From: the human T2T-CHM13v2.0 reference genome, Homo sapiens
Length of the DNA: 64,000 nt
Reading direction: 5' to 3' (one strand)
Assembly: GCF_009914755.1 (NCBI RefSeq)
Contig: NC_060926.1
Positions within the stretch are counted from its first letter, which is position 1. Each line of letters opens with the position of its first letter. A program made the translations under genes and the position numbers. The notes beneath the pieces are model-generated. The model saw only the letters and a program-made list of their open reading frames with translations. It did no database searches and was not told the origin of the DNA. Below, piece after piece: positions 37,148-55,890 of this stretch.

Positions 37148-37273
37148 ACCAAAGATGATACACAAATAGCCAACAAGCATATGAAAAGATGTTCAACATT
37201 ACTAATTATTAGGAAAATGCAAATCAAAACTACAATGAGGTATTACCTCATACCCATTAGGATGGCTACTATC

Positions 37274-37304
<31 letters not shown>

Positions 37305-37965
37305 AGAAAGTGTTGATGATGATGTGGAAAAATTAGAAACCTTGTACAGATATAAAATGGTACAACTGCTATGGAAAACAGTATAGCAGGTCCCCCTAAA
37401 TTAAAAATAGAATTACCATATGATCCAGCAATTTCACTTCTAGGTATATATACAAAAGAATTGAAAGTAGGGCGTTGAAAAGATATTTGTACACCCATAT
37501 TTATAGCAGCACTATTCACAATAGCCAAGAGGTGAAAACAACCCACGTGTCCATCAACAGATGAATGGCTAAGCAAAATATAGTATATACATACAATGGA
37601 ATATTATTTAGCCATAAAATAGAAGGCCGTTCTGACACATTACTACATGGATGAGCCTTAAGAACATTATGCAAAGTGAGATGTCAGTCACGAAAAGCCA
37701 AATACTGTATGATTCTACCTATCTAAGGAATATAGAGTAGTCAAATTCATGGAAACAGAAAGTAGAATGGTGGTTTCCAGAGATTGGTTGATGAGAAAAT
37801 GGGTAGTTATTTTTCAATGCATATAGAATTTCAGTTTTATAAGATGAAAAAGGTCAGGAGATTGTACAACAATGTGAACATGCTTAACATTACTGAACTA
37901 TACACTTATAAACGGTTAAGATGGTAAATTTTACGTTATATATTTTTTACAATAAATGTTTTAAA
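37148..37965 (+). mobile_element. L1MB-type 3' end
   Basis: GCCAACAAGCATATGAAAAGATG..GCAAATCAAAACTACAATGAG..CCATATGATCCAGCAATT..TACTGAACTATACACTTA..GGTAAATTTTACGTTAT. Confidence 0.85.
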
Positions 37966-38012
37966 TAAATGAATAAATGGTTAAATGAATGCAGGGCTAC
38001 ATAAATGAATTA

Positions 38013-38363
<351 letters not shown>

Positions 38364-41047
38364 GCTGGCAATTTCTAATGTAGCATGTTTTATCAGTTAA
38401 AAAAGGGTAAGTGTAGAGTACTATTCCATGAAACATTTGCAGAGACGGGTATTTTGAAATTGCATAGATGCCACATGCCCTTGGCATTTGTTATACTTAT
38501 CAGAAGTATCATATTTGGGACTCTGCAGTTTTAAGAGCTGTGGAAAAAACACTCAAAGGTAGGAAGACAGAAGATACCAGAAAATATGTAAAGAATTAAT
38601 TATTTCAAAGAAGAGGAGGCCAAGTCCACTAAATAACAGTCTTCACATTCAGGAAGGATTATTACAGTAGACAAATTCTAATTTCACAAGTGAGATGAGT
38701 TTACATTGCAATAAGACAGATTTTGGAGGAAGCACAAAAGATACCAACGAAGTTTTAGATTTTCTATTAAAATTGAAGAATAGAATTCAAAAAGTCTGCA
38801 TGTTAAGAGAAATATAACTTTGCAGTAATAAGAAAAATTATCCAAAACGTGGAAGTAAGGCAAAGGATACTGTATATCCTGGCAATGTAATATGGAGTGC
38901 TGTGTAACAGACCCACTCAAGAATTATTTAAATCTCTAGGAGAATGTAACTTTGTTTTACTGTTTTATAATGGACAACGCCTAGAATCCTGTGAAATTAC
39001 AGATTTCGATTCACAGATAATACTAATGGTAATAGATTTATTGCTATGTAGCACATTAATCAGTTTTATATCTAACTGCGTAATCTTATTTTGGTAGTCT
39101 GTCTTTTATTATCCATAAATATTCAGACTCTAAAATTCTCCTTTTAATCAAATTGACCATTCTAATAGTTCCCTCATTAATTAAATAATTACTTAACATA
39201 CACTCACCATGGTTCTAGATGAGTCATGTTTAACTTTTTGGGAATCAGCCTTTTATATAACACTACTGCCTTATGAGTTTACTAAGATAGCACCTTGGTG
39301 ATTCAGGTAGTAAATTAATATAAACAAAGAAAACTCACTTATCTATGCATAATTAAAAGAAAAAAATGAGGATACCAAAACAAAGTCAGAGAGGAGCTCC
39401 CACTAGTCAAATCTAAGACAATTTGAGCATCAATTTAAATAATGAAAGTAATAGCATATGACTCAGATAATTAAAATAAGAATCTTGCTAAGTAAATGAG
39501 TGAATGAATAAATGGAGGAGAAGAGAAAGCTCTTCCTCACATTATGATGTAGAAGGAATAAAGGATACAGAGAGTCACCTTTTAAACATTGTAGTAACAG
39601 TTGATTCAGGCAAGAGTCATCAATGGATGTTAAAACTAGTGGATGAAGAATCTTTCATGAGAAATAAGATATTTACATAGTCTCAAAGGATCTCCCCATG
39701 TATCAGTTATAAACCACAATGTGATATAAACTACAAAGGGACATTCTGATACGATGCACTGAGGACAAAACTTCTGTGGTATTCTCCCCAAAATGCATAA
39801 CCTATATCTACACACAAGGAAATTTCAAACTAATCCAAATTGAGGGACAACCTGCAAAATCACTAGCCAGTATTCTTCAAAACCATTAATGTCGTTTAGA
39901 CAGGGAAAGGTGAAGACACTGTTCCACACTGAAGGAGAATAAAGAGCTACAACAACTAAACATAACATGTGTTCCTGGATCAGATCCTCCACAGGGAGAA
40001 AACTCTATAAAGACCATTATTGGTGGAGCCAAGATGGCCGAATAGGAACAGTTCCAGTCTACAGCTCCCAGCATGAGCGACACAGAAGACGGGTGATTTC
40101 TGCATTTCCAACTGAGGTACCGGGTTCATCCCACTGGGGAGTGTCAGAAAGTGGATGCAGGACAGTGGGTGCAGCCCACCGAGCGTGAGCCAAAGCAGGC
40201 CGAGGCATCGCCTCACCCGGGAAGCACAAGGGGTCAGGGAATTCCCTTTCCTAGTCAAAGAAAGGGGTGACAGATGGCACCTGGAAAATCGGGTCACTCC
40301 AACCCTAATACTGTGCTTTTCCTACTGTCTTAGCAAACAGCACACCAGGAGATTATATCCTGCTCCTGGCTCGGAGGGTCCTACGCCCACGGAGCCTCAC
40401 TCATTGCTAGCACAGCAGTCTGAGATCAAACTGCAAGGCGGCAGCGAGGCTGAGGGAGGGGCGCCCGCCATTGCCGAGGCTTGAGTAAGTAAATAAAGTG
40501 ACAGGGAAGCTCGAACTGGGTGGAGCCCACCACACCTCAAGGAGGCCTGCCTGCCTCTGTAGACTCCACCTCTAGGGGCAGGGCACAGCCAAACAAAAGG
40601 CAGCAGAATCCTCTGAAGACTTAAATGTCCCTGTCTGACAGCCTTGAAGAGAGTAGTGGTTCTCCCAGCACACAGCTTGAGATCTGAGAACGGGCAGACT
40701 GCCTCCTCAAGTGGGTCCCTAACCCCCTGAGTAGCCTAACTGGGAGGCACCCCCCAGTAGGGGCAGACTGACACCTCACACGGCCGGGTACTCCTCTGAG
40801 ACAAAACTTCCAGAGGAACGATCAGGCAGCAACATCTGCTGCTCACCAATATCCGCTGTTCTGCAGCCTCCGCTGCTGATACCCAGGCAAACAGGGTCTG
40901 GAGTGGACCTCCAGAAAACTCCAACAGACCTGCAGCTGAGGGTCCTGACTGTTAGAAGGAAAACTAACAAGCAGAAAGGACATCCACACCAAAACCCCAT
41001 CTGTACGTCACCATCAGCAAAGACCAAAGGTAGATAAAACCACAAAG

Positions 41048-42064
41048 ATGGGAAAAAAACAGAACAGAAAAACTGGAAACTCTAAAAATCAGAGCGCCTC
41101 TCCTCCTCCAAAGGAATGCAGCTTCTGACCAGCAACTGAACAAAGCTGGACGGAGAATGACTTTGATGAGTTGAGAGAAGAAGGCTTCAGACAATCAAAT
41201 TACTCCGAGCTAAAGGAGGAAGTACGAACCAATGGCAAAGAAGTTAAAAACCTTGAAAAAAAATTAGACGAATGGCTAACTAGAATAACCAATGCAGAGA
41301 AGTCCTTAAAGGACCTGATGGAGCTGAAAACCAAGGCACGAGAACTACGTGACTAATGCATAAGCTTCAGTAGCCGATTCGATCAACTGGAAGAAAGGGT
41401 ATCAGTGATGGAAGATGAAATGAATGAAATGAAGCGAGAAGAGAAGTTTAGAGAAAAAAGAATAAAAAGAAATGAACAAAGCCTCCAAGAAATATGGGAC
41501 TATGTGAAAAGACCAAATCTATGTCTGACTGGTGTACCTGAAAGTGATGGGGAGAATGGAACCAAGTTGGAAAACACTCTGCAGGATATTATCCAGGAGA
41601 ACTTCCCCAATCTAGCAAGGCAGGCCAACATTCAAATTCAGGAAATACAGAGAATGCCACAAAGATAATCCTCCAGAACAGCAACTCCAAGACACATAAT
41701 TGTCAGATTCACCAAAGTTGAAATGAAGGAAAAAATGTTAAGGGCAGCCAGAGAGAAAGGTCGGGTTACCCACAAAGGGAAGCCCATCAGACTAACAGCT
41801 GATCTCTTGACAGAAACTCTACAAGCCAGAAGAAAGTGGGGGCCAATATTCAACATTCTTAAAGAAAAGAATTTTGAACACAGAATTTCATATCCAGCCA
41901 AACTAAGCTTCATAAGTGAAGGAGAAATAAAACTCTTTACAGACAAGCAAATGCTGAGAGATTTTGTCACCACCAGGCCTGCCCTACAAGAGCTCCTGAA
42001 GGAAGCACTAAACATGGAAAGGAACAACTGGTACCAGCCACTGCAAAAACATGCCAAATTGTAA
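41048..42064 (+). pseudogene. Disrupted L1 ORF1p
   Basis: ATG at 41048; in-frame stops split it into the ORFs 41171, 41405 and 41723. Confidence 0.93.
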
Positions 42065-42127
42065 AGACCATCAAGGCTAGGAAGAAACTGCATCAACTAA
42101 TGAGCAAAACAACCAGCTAACATCATA

Positions 42128-46048
<3,921 letters not shown>

Positions 46049-46424
46049 TAATGTTAAATGACTAGTTGATGGGTGCAGGACACCAACATGGCACATGTAT
46101 ACATATGTAACTAACCTGCACCTTGTGCACATGGACCCTAAAACTTAAAGTATAATTTAAAAAAGACAATTATTGAGACAATTAGTGAAACTGCAACATT
46201 TGAAAATATTTGTGGATTAGATAATAATATTGTTAAATTTTCTGATATTGGTCATTGTGCTGTGATTATGTAAGAGAAAGTGTTTATTTCTAGGAAATGC
46301 ACACTAAGATATTAAAGGGCAAAAGAGCATGTTGTCTGTGACCTACTGTCAAATGGCTCAGGAAAAAATGTATACCTCTATGAAAATATCCATATAAATA
46401 CATTTATGTGTATGAATACACAGA

Positions 46425-46516
46425 GAGAGGAAAGAAAGAAAAAGAAAGAAAAAAAAGAAAAGAAAAGAAAAGGAAGAAAAGAAGGAAGGAAGGAAGGAAG
46501 GAAGGAAGGAAGGAAG
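46425..46516. repeat. (GAAA/GAAAA)n-(GGAA)n microsatellite
   Basis: Direct reading of the sequence. Confidence 0.95.
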
Positions 46517-47224
46517 GGGCATACATTAGGAAATAAAGTGAATGTTGCAAATGTTAAAGAGTGAACCTAGGTAAAAAGTATAGAGTTCGTTGTACTATTC
46601 TCAACAATTTTCAGGAATATTGAAGTTATTTCAAAATACAAATTCAAAAAAAAGTTGGATATTAGTGACTAAGACATCTAAAGAAATTGAAAGTAAATAA
46701 TTTCTCATGATGTATAAGAAAAAATATTTTTGAAATCTAGTGATAAATGTTCAATAATATTAAGCATTTATATTCATAGGTATAAAAGGAGGTTTAAACA
46801 TTCAAATGATTACTATTTCAGTTGTGCCCTGAAAGCACAAGTATGTGATGGTTGACAAGCAAACTTCTGCAAGAAATTTAACTTCTGGAAAAATCAATAG
46901 CAAAAAGATAACCTCAGTGATACTTCAGAGTATCAATTATTTTCACGGAGAATTACCACTAAAAACTGATGTCAGTTCAGTGAGTTTTAGGGAAATAAAT
47001 GAGCTTTTCAAGCATTACATTTCTTTTAAAATACTACATACTTATTAATATATGAAAATTCTGAAGCAATTATAGTCTCAGATGGCTGAGAAAAAAACAA
47101 AACTCTCATTTTAAAGAAAACAATCATGAATCCTTTCAAAGTAAATGAAGAATATTAAAGAATAGTAGTTCATTGTTTGTTTTTGTCTTACAAGCAGGTT
47201 AGAGGAAATGCTCATTTGAGTATG

Positions 47225-47400
47225 TTCTGTACACATTGGCAGATCTGACAAGAATCCTAAATTATAAAGGGAATTTGTTAATGAATTCACCACAGCCTGA
47301 ATTATCTTTGTAAGGTCTTCAAGAACTGAGAAGTTGCTAGGAGACTGAAAGAAAACAAAAGTAATTGTATCTTTTAAAGAGGCGACTGAGGCAATTAACA
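47225..47400 (+). mobile_element. CR1/L3 LINE relic (tentative)
   Basis: ATTATCTTTGTAAGGTCTTCAAGAACTGAGAAGTTGCTAGGAGACTGAAAGAAAACAAAAGTAATTGTATCTTTTAAAGAGG resembles the CR1 RT segment IIF..SW.TGEVP.DWK.ANV.PIFKKG. Confidence 0.5.
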
Positions 47401-47695
47401 TCAAATAAATCACAAAAATAGCTTTCAAAACAGCAAAAACAATGGAAGAAAACTGTGTACAAATGAATAATAGGTAACATGTCTCTACCAAGGAAAGTTC
47501 AGACATCATCAAATGATTATATTTTCAGCTCCCGCACTGAACTGTGAGCTCCTTGGGAACAAAGGGATGTTGTACTCAACTTTGAATAAAACACTATAGA
47601 TATTAAGCAAATATGTGGGAGTGAAGAAGAAAAGGCAAAAAGAGAATGGATTAGTGGCGGAAATGGAATATATTAATTGAACATTAATGCACTAC

Positions 47696-47967
47696 TTTTT
47701 TTGTTGTTGTTTTTTGAGACTGAGTCTTGCTCTATTGCCCAGGCTGGAGGGCAGTACTGCAATCTCTGCCTCCCGGGTTCAAGAGATTCTCCTGTCTCAG
47801 CCTCCCGAGTAGCCAGGATTACAGGAGTGCACCACCACACCTGGCTAATTTTTGTATTTTTAGTAGAGACAGGGTTTCACCATGTTGGCCAGGATGACCT
47901 CAAATGATCTGACCACCTTAGCCTCCCAAAGTACTGAGATTACAGGTGTGAGCCACTGTGCCCGGCC
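47696..47967 (-). mobile_element. AluS with two internal deletions
   Basis: Reverse Alu; TSD TAATGCACTAC. Confidence 0.9.
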
Positions 47968-48149
47968 TAATGCACTACGTTTTGACTTATATGAAACATT
48001 AAATTCAATGCCCATTGAATTTCTACGAATTTTACTTAAACTGAAAATATAAATAAAGCATAATGTTGACCAACAATAACTAGCATATGATATTGAATAA
48101 ATATATTGTTATTCAACGTTCATTTAACAACCAGAAAAAAAAGAAAAAA

Positions 48150-48747
48150 ATTGTTATTGTTTTATTGTTCTGTTTCAAACAGAAACTTCAAACTCCTAGA
48201 AAATATAATTTACAGAAATTCAATGGTTTAAAGCTAATGACAGAATGGGTGGTTTACCCTCTCTGTCAATATAAGACATATATATTTTTATTCAATATAT
48301 GAATTGACCTGTAATCAAAAACTATAAACAAGCTGTAGCTAATAATCTCAGTGATCTTTTGATGAATGAGGGATATAAAGAGATGCCTTCAGTACAAAAA
48401 ATTCAAGTTACAAAAGTGTAATACTCAAGAGTGACTTCCTGAAACAAGTAAGTTCTCTATGAAAAGGAAGGTGAGGATGCAAATAATTTGCCTTTACCTT
48501 TCCTGAGTGCTTAAGGAAATACATCAAGTCTAAAAGGATAAATTACAACATTTTGAATTTAAGAGCTTACTTCTGGAATCATCTTTAAATATTTATAAAG
48601 TCCCCACACTACAAGATATATTATATTCTGAGCCCCTCTCTGGTGGAGATTTATCTAAGATGCTGATAGCATATTTTACACTTGTTATGCGAATATCTGG
48701 AAAAAAAATTTTGTCTTTCAAGTTATCTGTAGAACACCAGGTACACT
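48150..48747 (-). other. Candidate terminal exon of an unidentified minus-strand transcript
   Basis: Acceptor TTATTTTTTTTCCCCAG| at 48748; AATAAA at 48166-48161 followed by a U-rich downstream element; non-repeat sequence. Confidence 0.4.
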
Positions 48748-49141
48748 CTGGGGAAAAAAAATAATATAGCATAAAGTGATCCTTAAATCCCAAGGATAAA
48801 TAATGAAGATGTCAGGACTATGCCACGTGCTGCTAGCAAAATATTCTACAAATCTATTAATGGCCCGAGTGAAGAGAATCAAAATAATCAGACCAACTTA
48901 TTTCACAGTCCATGTGAGATTATTTTGGATATACAGACATAAAATAACTATTATGAAAACTGCCAAAACACTTCTGTTGCCCCGCTTCCACAGCAGCACG
49001 TTTTTTAAAATTCACCTGTTTTTAACATGTTTTAGTTGCTACTTAAAAAGAATTTTAATATGAGCCCTCCTTCCATCTAGAGAAGACCCCCAAAATATCA
49101 TTGCAATTGAAAATGGACAATTTATGATAACTCTTCCTTAC

Positions 49142-49196
49142 TCTATACTCCTTTGCCTTCAATTTCTTAAATGTATGGTTTCAGTAATCGGAAACT
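49142..49196 (-). other. Candidate 55-nt internal exon (stop codons in all three frames)
   Basis: Pyrimidine-rich TTTCCTCTCTGCCTCCTCTATTCACTGGTCAG| acceptor and AGA|GTAAGG donor. Confidence 0.3.
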
Positions 49197-50959
49197 CTGA
49201 CCAGTGAATAGAGGAGGCAGAGAGGAAATAATAAGAATAGGAAACTGGAGACAAGAAGTGAGCATTTGTATAATTTTATTCAACCCATGACAATAAAAGA
49301 TCTCTCCCTAGCTCTGAAATATCATTCCCTCATTGACAGATGACTGGCTGTTACTAACACCAGTTTGAAATTTAGGTGTGGTCTGAAATTACTAAAGAAT
49401 TCAGCAATGGCCTATTAGAAGGCTTGAAACTCTTTGCTCTTTAAACCTGAACTGACAAAGCAATGACTTTCAATCTATGGACAGTCAATCCTTGTAAAAG
49501 GAGAGAGAGACTAATTGAAATCAAAAGGAAAATTTTGCTGAGTGACCAAAAAACAATTCTCCTTGTCAATTCACTAATCAAACATGGAGGTACTCTCTCT
49601 AACCTGGGATGTTGTATCTTTTAGCACATGAATTTTCTCCTAGTTTGAAAAATACGGCATTTGTTTTTAAGGCATAATCACTATTTACATTAATTCTAAG
49701 ATGGAAATTGTCTGCCTAATTATTATATTGATGTTTTCTTTGTCTAATTGGGTAGGTCAAGGCACTAATTTGATTCACAGCTGCAGTATGTTTTTATAGA
49801 CTTTGGTGAACTTTAATTGCTTATAAATATTGGATTATAAGACCATGAGCCTTTACTAGAATCCCGTTTAGCTCCATATGCTTTCAAACTTGACAATATG
49901 TTGTCCATTTCCTGAGAATCTTTCATTCCAAATGGCCCCAAGGGTAAGAAAGCAAAGAATAACACATATGGTTCACACAGCTAAAGTCCATTAAGAATTT
50001 TGCTGTTGACAGACCTAATGAGTTATAGTCAGGAAAAAATATTGTCAGTTATTCCTTCCTTAATAATAAAATTGAAACACAAAGACAACACAGCTCAAAG
50101 CCCTGTAGTCTTACTGTGAACGTTCCATTTTAATAATGTGCATGATTCCATACACTGCCCTACAGTAAATGCAAATGGAAACGTAGACAGGGCAGCAGCT
50201 TGGAGTGGTAGAGACTGACGCTGATGAAAATCTCCTGAACTATGTGGTCAAAGACCTAACCAGTCTCAGGCAGAAGCTGGTCACAGCCCTGTAGCCAGGC
50301 AAACCCTCCCAAGGTTGTGTCCTACCAATGGGGGCTTGTCACTGTCCTCTCAACTTCTCCAGTGCCATCCCCAGGTAGATAATGTCAGCCCTTAATGGGC
50401 TAGTTGAAACAGTGAAGGGTAATCGGAGGTGGGAAGGAGAACCAGCACATTTCTGCTGCTGAGTTACAGCACGGGTTTCTGGAAGCCACTTATCACACCC
50501 CACCCCCAACAGGCACTCAGATGGCCCCAAAGACAGCCATGGTTGTCCTGAAAGTGTGTCTCATCCCACTTCCTGTACTTCATCCCACCAAAGCCATCCT
50601 GGACTCTTTGATGACTAGCACTAGGTCAGGTCAATGAGATTCCAATTCCTTCTTGTTGCTTGGGCCACTATTCTAACTCAGAGTCCTGACAGTCAAGAGC
50701 ATAGATTCTTCGCTCATAAAGATGTAAGTTCAAACCCCACCTCTGCCTCTTAACACTGGTAATTGCATACAAATTAGAATTTCTACTAAACCAAGGGACA
50801 CACATTCATGTAAAAATTTTAACATGAGGTATTTTGATACACATTTTATAACTAAATATTGACAGTTGAACAACTTGATAGGAAGAGATTTTTGCCTTGC
50901 TGCCAATAATTTCTCCTTTTTGGTGCTTGGCACATATAGACATTATACTTTAATTTTTA

Positions 50960-51180
50960 AAATATGACTCTGGTTGCTGTGTGGGAATGAGCAGGAGTGG
51001 ATGCAGAAAGTCAGTTAGGAGACCACTGCAACCACCCGGAAAAGAGATGACAGTGACTTGAGGGAGGCTTATAGATGGAGATGGATAGAACAGTGTTACC
51101 CATGGTTTAGAAACTATTTTCAAAGTGGAGTTGTGTTGATGGCATAGAAGTGAGAGTGAGGAAAAGTCAGTTAGCCACAA
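50960..51180 (-). mobile_element. L2 fragment
   Basis: ACTCTGGTTGCTGTGTGGGAATG..CAGTTAGGAGACCACTGCA..GAGATGACAGTGACTTG. Confidence 0.7.
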
Positions 51181-51419
51181 GAGCCCCTGTAAGGCAGGAG
51201 TAGGAGCTGAGGCCCACAGAGCAGTGGACAGCAGCCATGGGGGATTGTTAAGAGCTAGTAAACCCCCAAAAGGCAGGCAGCAGCATAGACCTGCCAGGAG
51301 AATGGAAGAACTCAGGACTTCCTAGAAAGATTGAGGGAGGACAGGGTTGATGGTGGATGAGTAGGGCCTAGAGTTTTTATAGTAGGTGGAGTGAGGGCTC
51401 AACTCATTTTAACTAGACC

Positions 51420-51627
51420 CAGTGGTGAGCTGGAGCTGCCTCATATTGGCTCAAAAGAGGAGATGGATAAATGTTCATAAATTTTGCGAGTCCCATTGGC
51501 AGCTTGAAGTCACCCAGGGTTGAGAATATTTACACCACAGAAATTGGCAAATGCTACAAATCTGAGTTTTCCCTCCTCGCCATCCCCCACCAGTGCTGGT
51601 TGTTAAACATTTACCAGTACACCACTG
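51420..51627. mobile_element. MER63-family hAT MITE
   Basis: TIRs CAGTGGTGAGCTGG ... CCAGTACACCACTG; internal TATTTACACCACAGAAATTGGCAAATGCTACAAATC. Confidence 0.8.
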
Positions 51628-52181
51628 ACAAGGCTGGAAGGCCTAAGAGCTCCAGAAGATATTTGAGTTACACAATTAATTGACCGGTTCTCTCTTCCAG
51701 TGAGGCAAAGAACGCCACACACACTTCAAAATCTAGAAGTCTTTGGAAAATTATTTGAAATGCAAGCTCTATTTGTCCTACCAAACTTCCTAATTTCTAA
51801 TTATATTTTTTTGAAGCTAATATTAAAATAATCATATTTTTGAGCACATATTGCATAGAAAATAAAACATCATAACTAGGCTATAAAAGAATATGCTCAG
51901 TATCCAAGGAATCAACAGTTGCCTTTATTTTAATATATTCTTCTGATAAAAGTTTTGTAATATTTATGCGACCTAATCCTATTCGGATTGAATTACTAAC
52001 AATAGTCTATCTTAATAATACAAAAAAAATAATTAAATGCTTTATTATAATTTCATCAAATCTTGTACTTTTATAAGAAATTTAAAAATGATCTACGACC
52101 TTGTGGAGAAGCAAAAACAACAAAGCATATTAAATCTAGAATTATAGCTCCCAGAGATAATCAATGTTTACAATGATAGAG

Positions 52182-52349
52182 CAGGGGTCTACAAACTACT
52201 ATGTACCCCAGGGGCTGAATTCAGCTATGCCTATACTGTGGGCGATTATTTTTGCACTACAACTGAGCTGAGTAGTTGTAATAGGAACCATATAAAGCCT
52301 AAAATATTTACTATCTGGCTCTTCACAGAAAAAGCTTGTGGACCTCCAG
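52182..52349. mobile_element. MER58A-like hAT-Charlie MITE
   Basis: CAGGGGTCTACAAACTAC..AAAGCCTAAAATATTTACTATCTGGCTCTTCACAGAAAAAG. Confidence 0.8.
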
Positions 52350-52453
52350 TTATTCCTCAATTTATAGATATAATTTATAATAAAAATGGGGCGACATCAT
52401 ACATACTGCTTATCAACCTGCTTTCCTCTCCTACTTAGCTATGCAGTCATTAA

Positions 52454-52794
<341 letters not shown>

Positions 52795-53968
52795 ATTTTC
52801 TTGATATGACAACATTTATTCAGGTTGTTTCCAATTTTTTTAGGTAACAAATATACTTTAGTCTAACTCTTTTCTCTCTGATTTTTTTAAGGTAAATTTC
52901 TAGTTGTAGAATTGTTGGATCAAAGTTGGACATACAAAAGTTCAGATTTTGGTAACTTTTGCAAAGCTGCCCTACAAAGAAGAATTTCCTATATATATAT
53001 TACAACTGTCTTCCTATGAATTTTAAATGTAAAAGGATTGTATTTTCTGGGTGAAAATTCCCCAAGTTTCTTCCAAAATGTCAAGAATAAATATTTTTAA
53101 ATATGTCTTTATAAAGTACCCTGTGTGAGAAAAAGTCAGAAAAAATTGTCAGTCTTCACATAGCTATGGTATGCTTCAAATTTTAGTCCCAAATGCACAT
53201 TATGAAAATATATGCTTTGCGGAAATCTGTAATACTTACTAGGCCAAAAAAGTAGTTTCAGCAAATAATATCTCTAAGCTTCAGTTTTTGCACCTATAAA
53301 ATGGGATCATACAAGCTCTTCCAATCTGAGAGACTATTGAAATAATCAAATGACACATGCATAAGAAGGAAGTATCAAATTTCGTAAAGTGCAGAAGGTC
53401 CGATGGTTTACATCATTTCAACATTTCTCTTTACTGCATTTTATTCTTAGATAGTAAAATTTAATTGATACTAAGATTTTTTTTTAAATAAAGCAAATCT
53501 GTGATTGATGCGGGGGAGGAAGTAGGAATGAGATAAATGTCCCCACCTGTTTTCTTTCAGAGGAAAATTTCCACAGTGCAAGGCCACTTTATCATGCTTC
53601 TGGGTGGAAGTTGCCTGAGGGTTGCAGAGTCTAGGCATGGAGCTTCACAGGCAGTTGCTGGCTCTTCTATCCATTCTCCTTTCTTTCTTCCTGAACACTA
53701 GACCCTCTTGGCTGTCCTGCTGCCTCACCACTGATCCTTTCCTGTCTCCTTCACTGGTTCCCCCTCTTCACCTTGTCCTCTTAACATTAAGTGCTTGGGA
53801 ATAAGTATTCTCATGACGTCCAGTTGCATACCTAGAACACTGATGACTCCTGCACCTCATTCAGCCCAGTCTTCTCTCCTGAGCCCCAAACTCTCAAATC
53901 TCACTGCCTAATCAATTTCTTCACTTGCATGTCTAATAGCATCTTAAAGTTCATATATAAATACATAC

Positions 53969-54286
53969 TCGCCAGGCGTGGTGGCTCACACCTGTAATCC
54001 CAGCACTTTGGGAGGCCAACGTGGACAGATCACCTGAGGTCGGGAGTTCAAGACCAGCCTGGCCAGGATGGTGAAACCCCATCTCTACTAAAAATACAAA
54101 AATTAGCCGGGCATGGTGGCAGGTACCTGTAATCCCAGCTACTTGGCAAGACAAGGCAGAAGAATCTCTTGATTGAGGAAGCAGAGGTTGCAGTGAGCCA
54201 AGACTGTGCCATTGCACTCCAGCCTGGGCAACAGAGCAAGACTCCGTCTCAAAAAAAAAAAAAAAAAAAAAACAAAACAAAAAAAA
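53969..54286 (+). mobile_element. AluS
   Basis: Dimeric Alu with poly(A). Confidence 0.92.
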
Positions 54287-54631
<345 letters not shown>

Positions 54632-55266
54632 CTACTCACGGCCTTCTTCTCAGTTTCGGGCAACTCCATGATTCCAGTTGCTCAGGCCCAAAGCTTGGAA
54701 GCCATACTTAACCTCTTCTCTTTCTCTCACACCACACATTCAATCCATCAAGCAATTGAGTTGGCCCCACCTGGCAGCGTATCTAGAAGCAGCCCGCTTC
54801 CCACCTCTCCAGCACCCTGGTCTGAGTGCCATCCCTCTTCCTCTGGATTGCTTTCATTATCAACTGCTTGTCTTCCTTGACACTTACCTCTCCCCCTACT
54901 CACATACACAGTCTATTTTCTGCAAGGCAACCAGAGTGATCCTGATAAAATATTTGCTCTAATAGTGTTCTTCCACTCTGGCCATCCGTTGAGCTCAGTA
55001 AAAACAAAAGTCCCCACAGAGGCCCATGAGTTCTCTTCATGGGCTGCCCTCACATGGCACCTCTCTGACTGCCTGCCCTGGTATTTTCCCCTCCATGGAC
55101 TCCACCCCAGCCATCCTGGCCTCCTCCTTCATGGTCCTCTCCACACCAGCTTCCCTCTGACCTGAGGGCCAGTGTTCTAGCTGCTCTCCCTGCCTCCTCC
55201 CAGTAGAAGGCCCACCTAGTTAAAGCTGCAACCCCCATCCCTGACTCTGTATTCCTTATCCTGCTG

Positions 55267-55415
55267 TTTTTCTTTTTTTCTTTTTCTTTTCTTTTTCTTT
55301 CCTTTTTCCTTTTTCTTTTTCTCTTTTCTATATTTCCTCTCTTTCTTTCCTTTCTTCTTTCTCTTTTTTTTTCTTTCTGCCTTCCTTTCTTTCTTTTCCT
55401 CTTTCTTTCTTTCTG
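55267..55415. repeat. TC-rich low-complexity tract
   Basis: Degenerate (TTTC/TTTTTC)n. Confidence 0.9.
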
Positions 55416-55610
55416 CTGGTACTTACTTTCTACCACATAATATAATTTCCTTCTTTATTATTTATTATGTGTCCTCCCTTCTCTAGAATGTAAGCTCCAT
55501 GTAGATGGGGAATCCTTATTTTGTTCAACAGATTAAATAAATTAACAAATAGCTACACACTCACTTGGCAATCCTGAGACTGTATCAAGATCATGGTTAA
55601 GACAGAACTA

Positions 55611-55890
55611 GGCCAGGTGTGGTGGCTCATGCCTGTAACTCCAGTACTTTGGGAGGCCAAGGCAAGTGGATCACCTGAGGGTCAGGAGTTCGAGACCAGC
55701 CTGACCAATACGGTGAAACACCGTCTCTATTAACAGTACAAAAATTAGCCAGGTATGTTGGCACATGCCTGTAATCCCAGCTACTTGGGAGGGTGAGGCA
55801 GGATAATTGCTTGAGCCCAGGTGGCAGAGGTTATCGCACCACTGCACTGCAGCCTGACATAGCGAGACTCCATCAAAACAAAACAAAACA
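55611..55890 (+). mobile_element. AluS
   Basis: Dimeric Alu with a small right-arm deletion and a (CAAAA)n tail. Confidence 0.9.

Noticed and set aside
49142-49196. In-frame TGA in VSDY*NHTFKKLKAKEYR read as selenocysteine or readthrough
   Set aside because: No recognisable selenoprotein context and no SECIS that I can identify downstream; a non-coding or spurious exon is the simpler reading.
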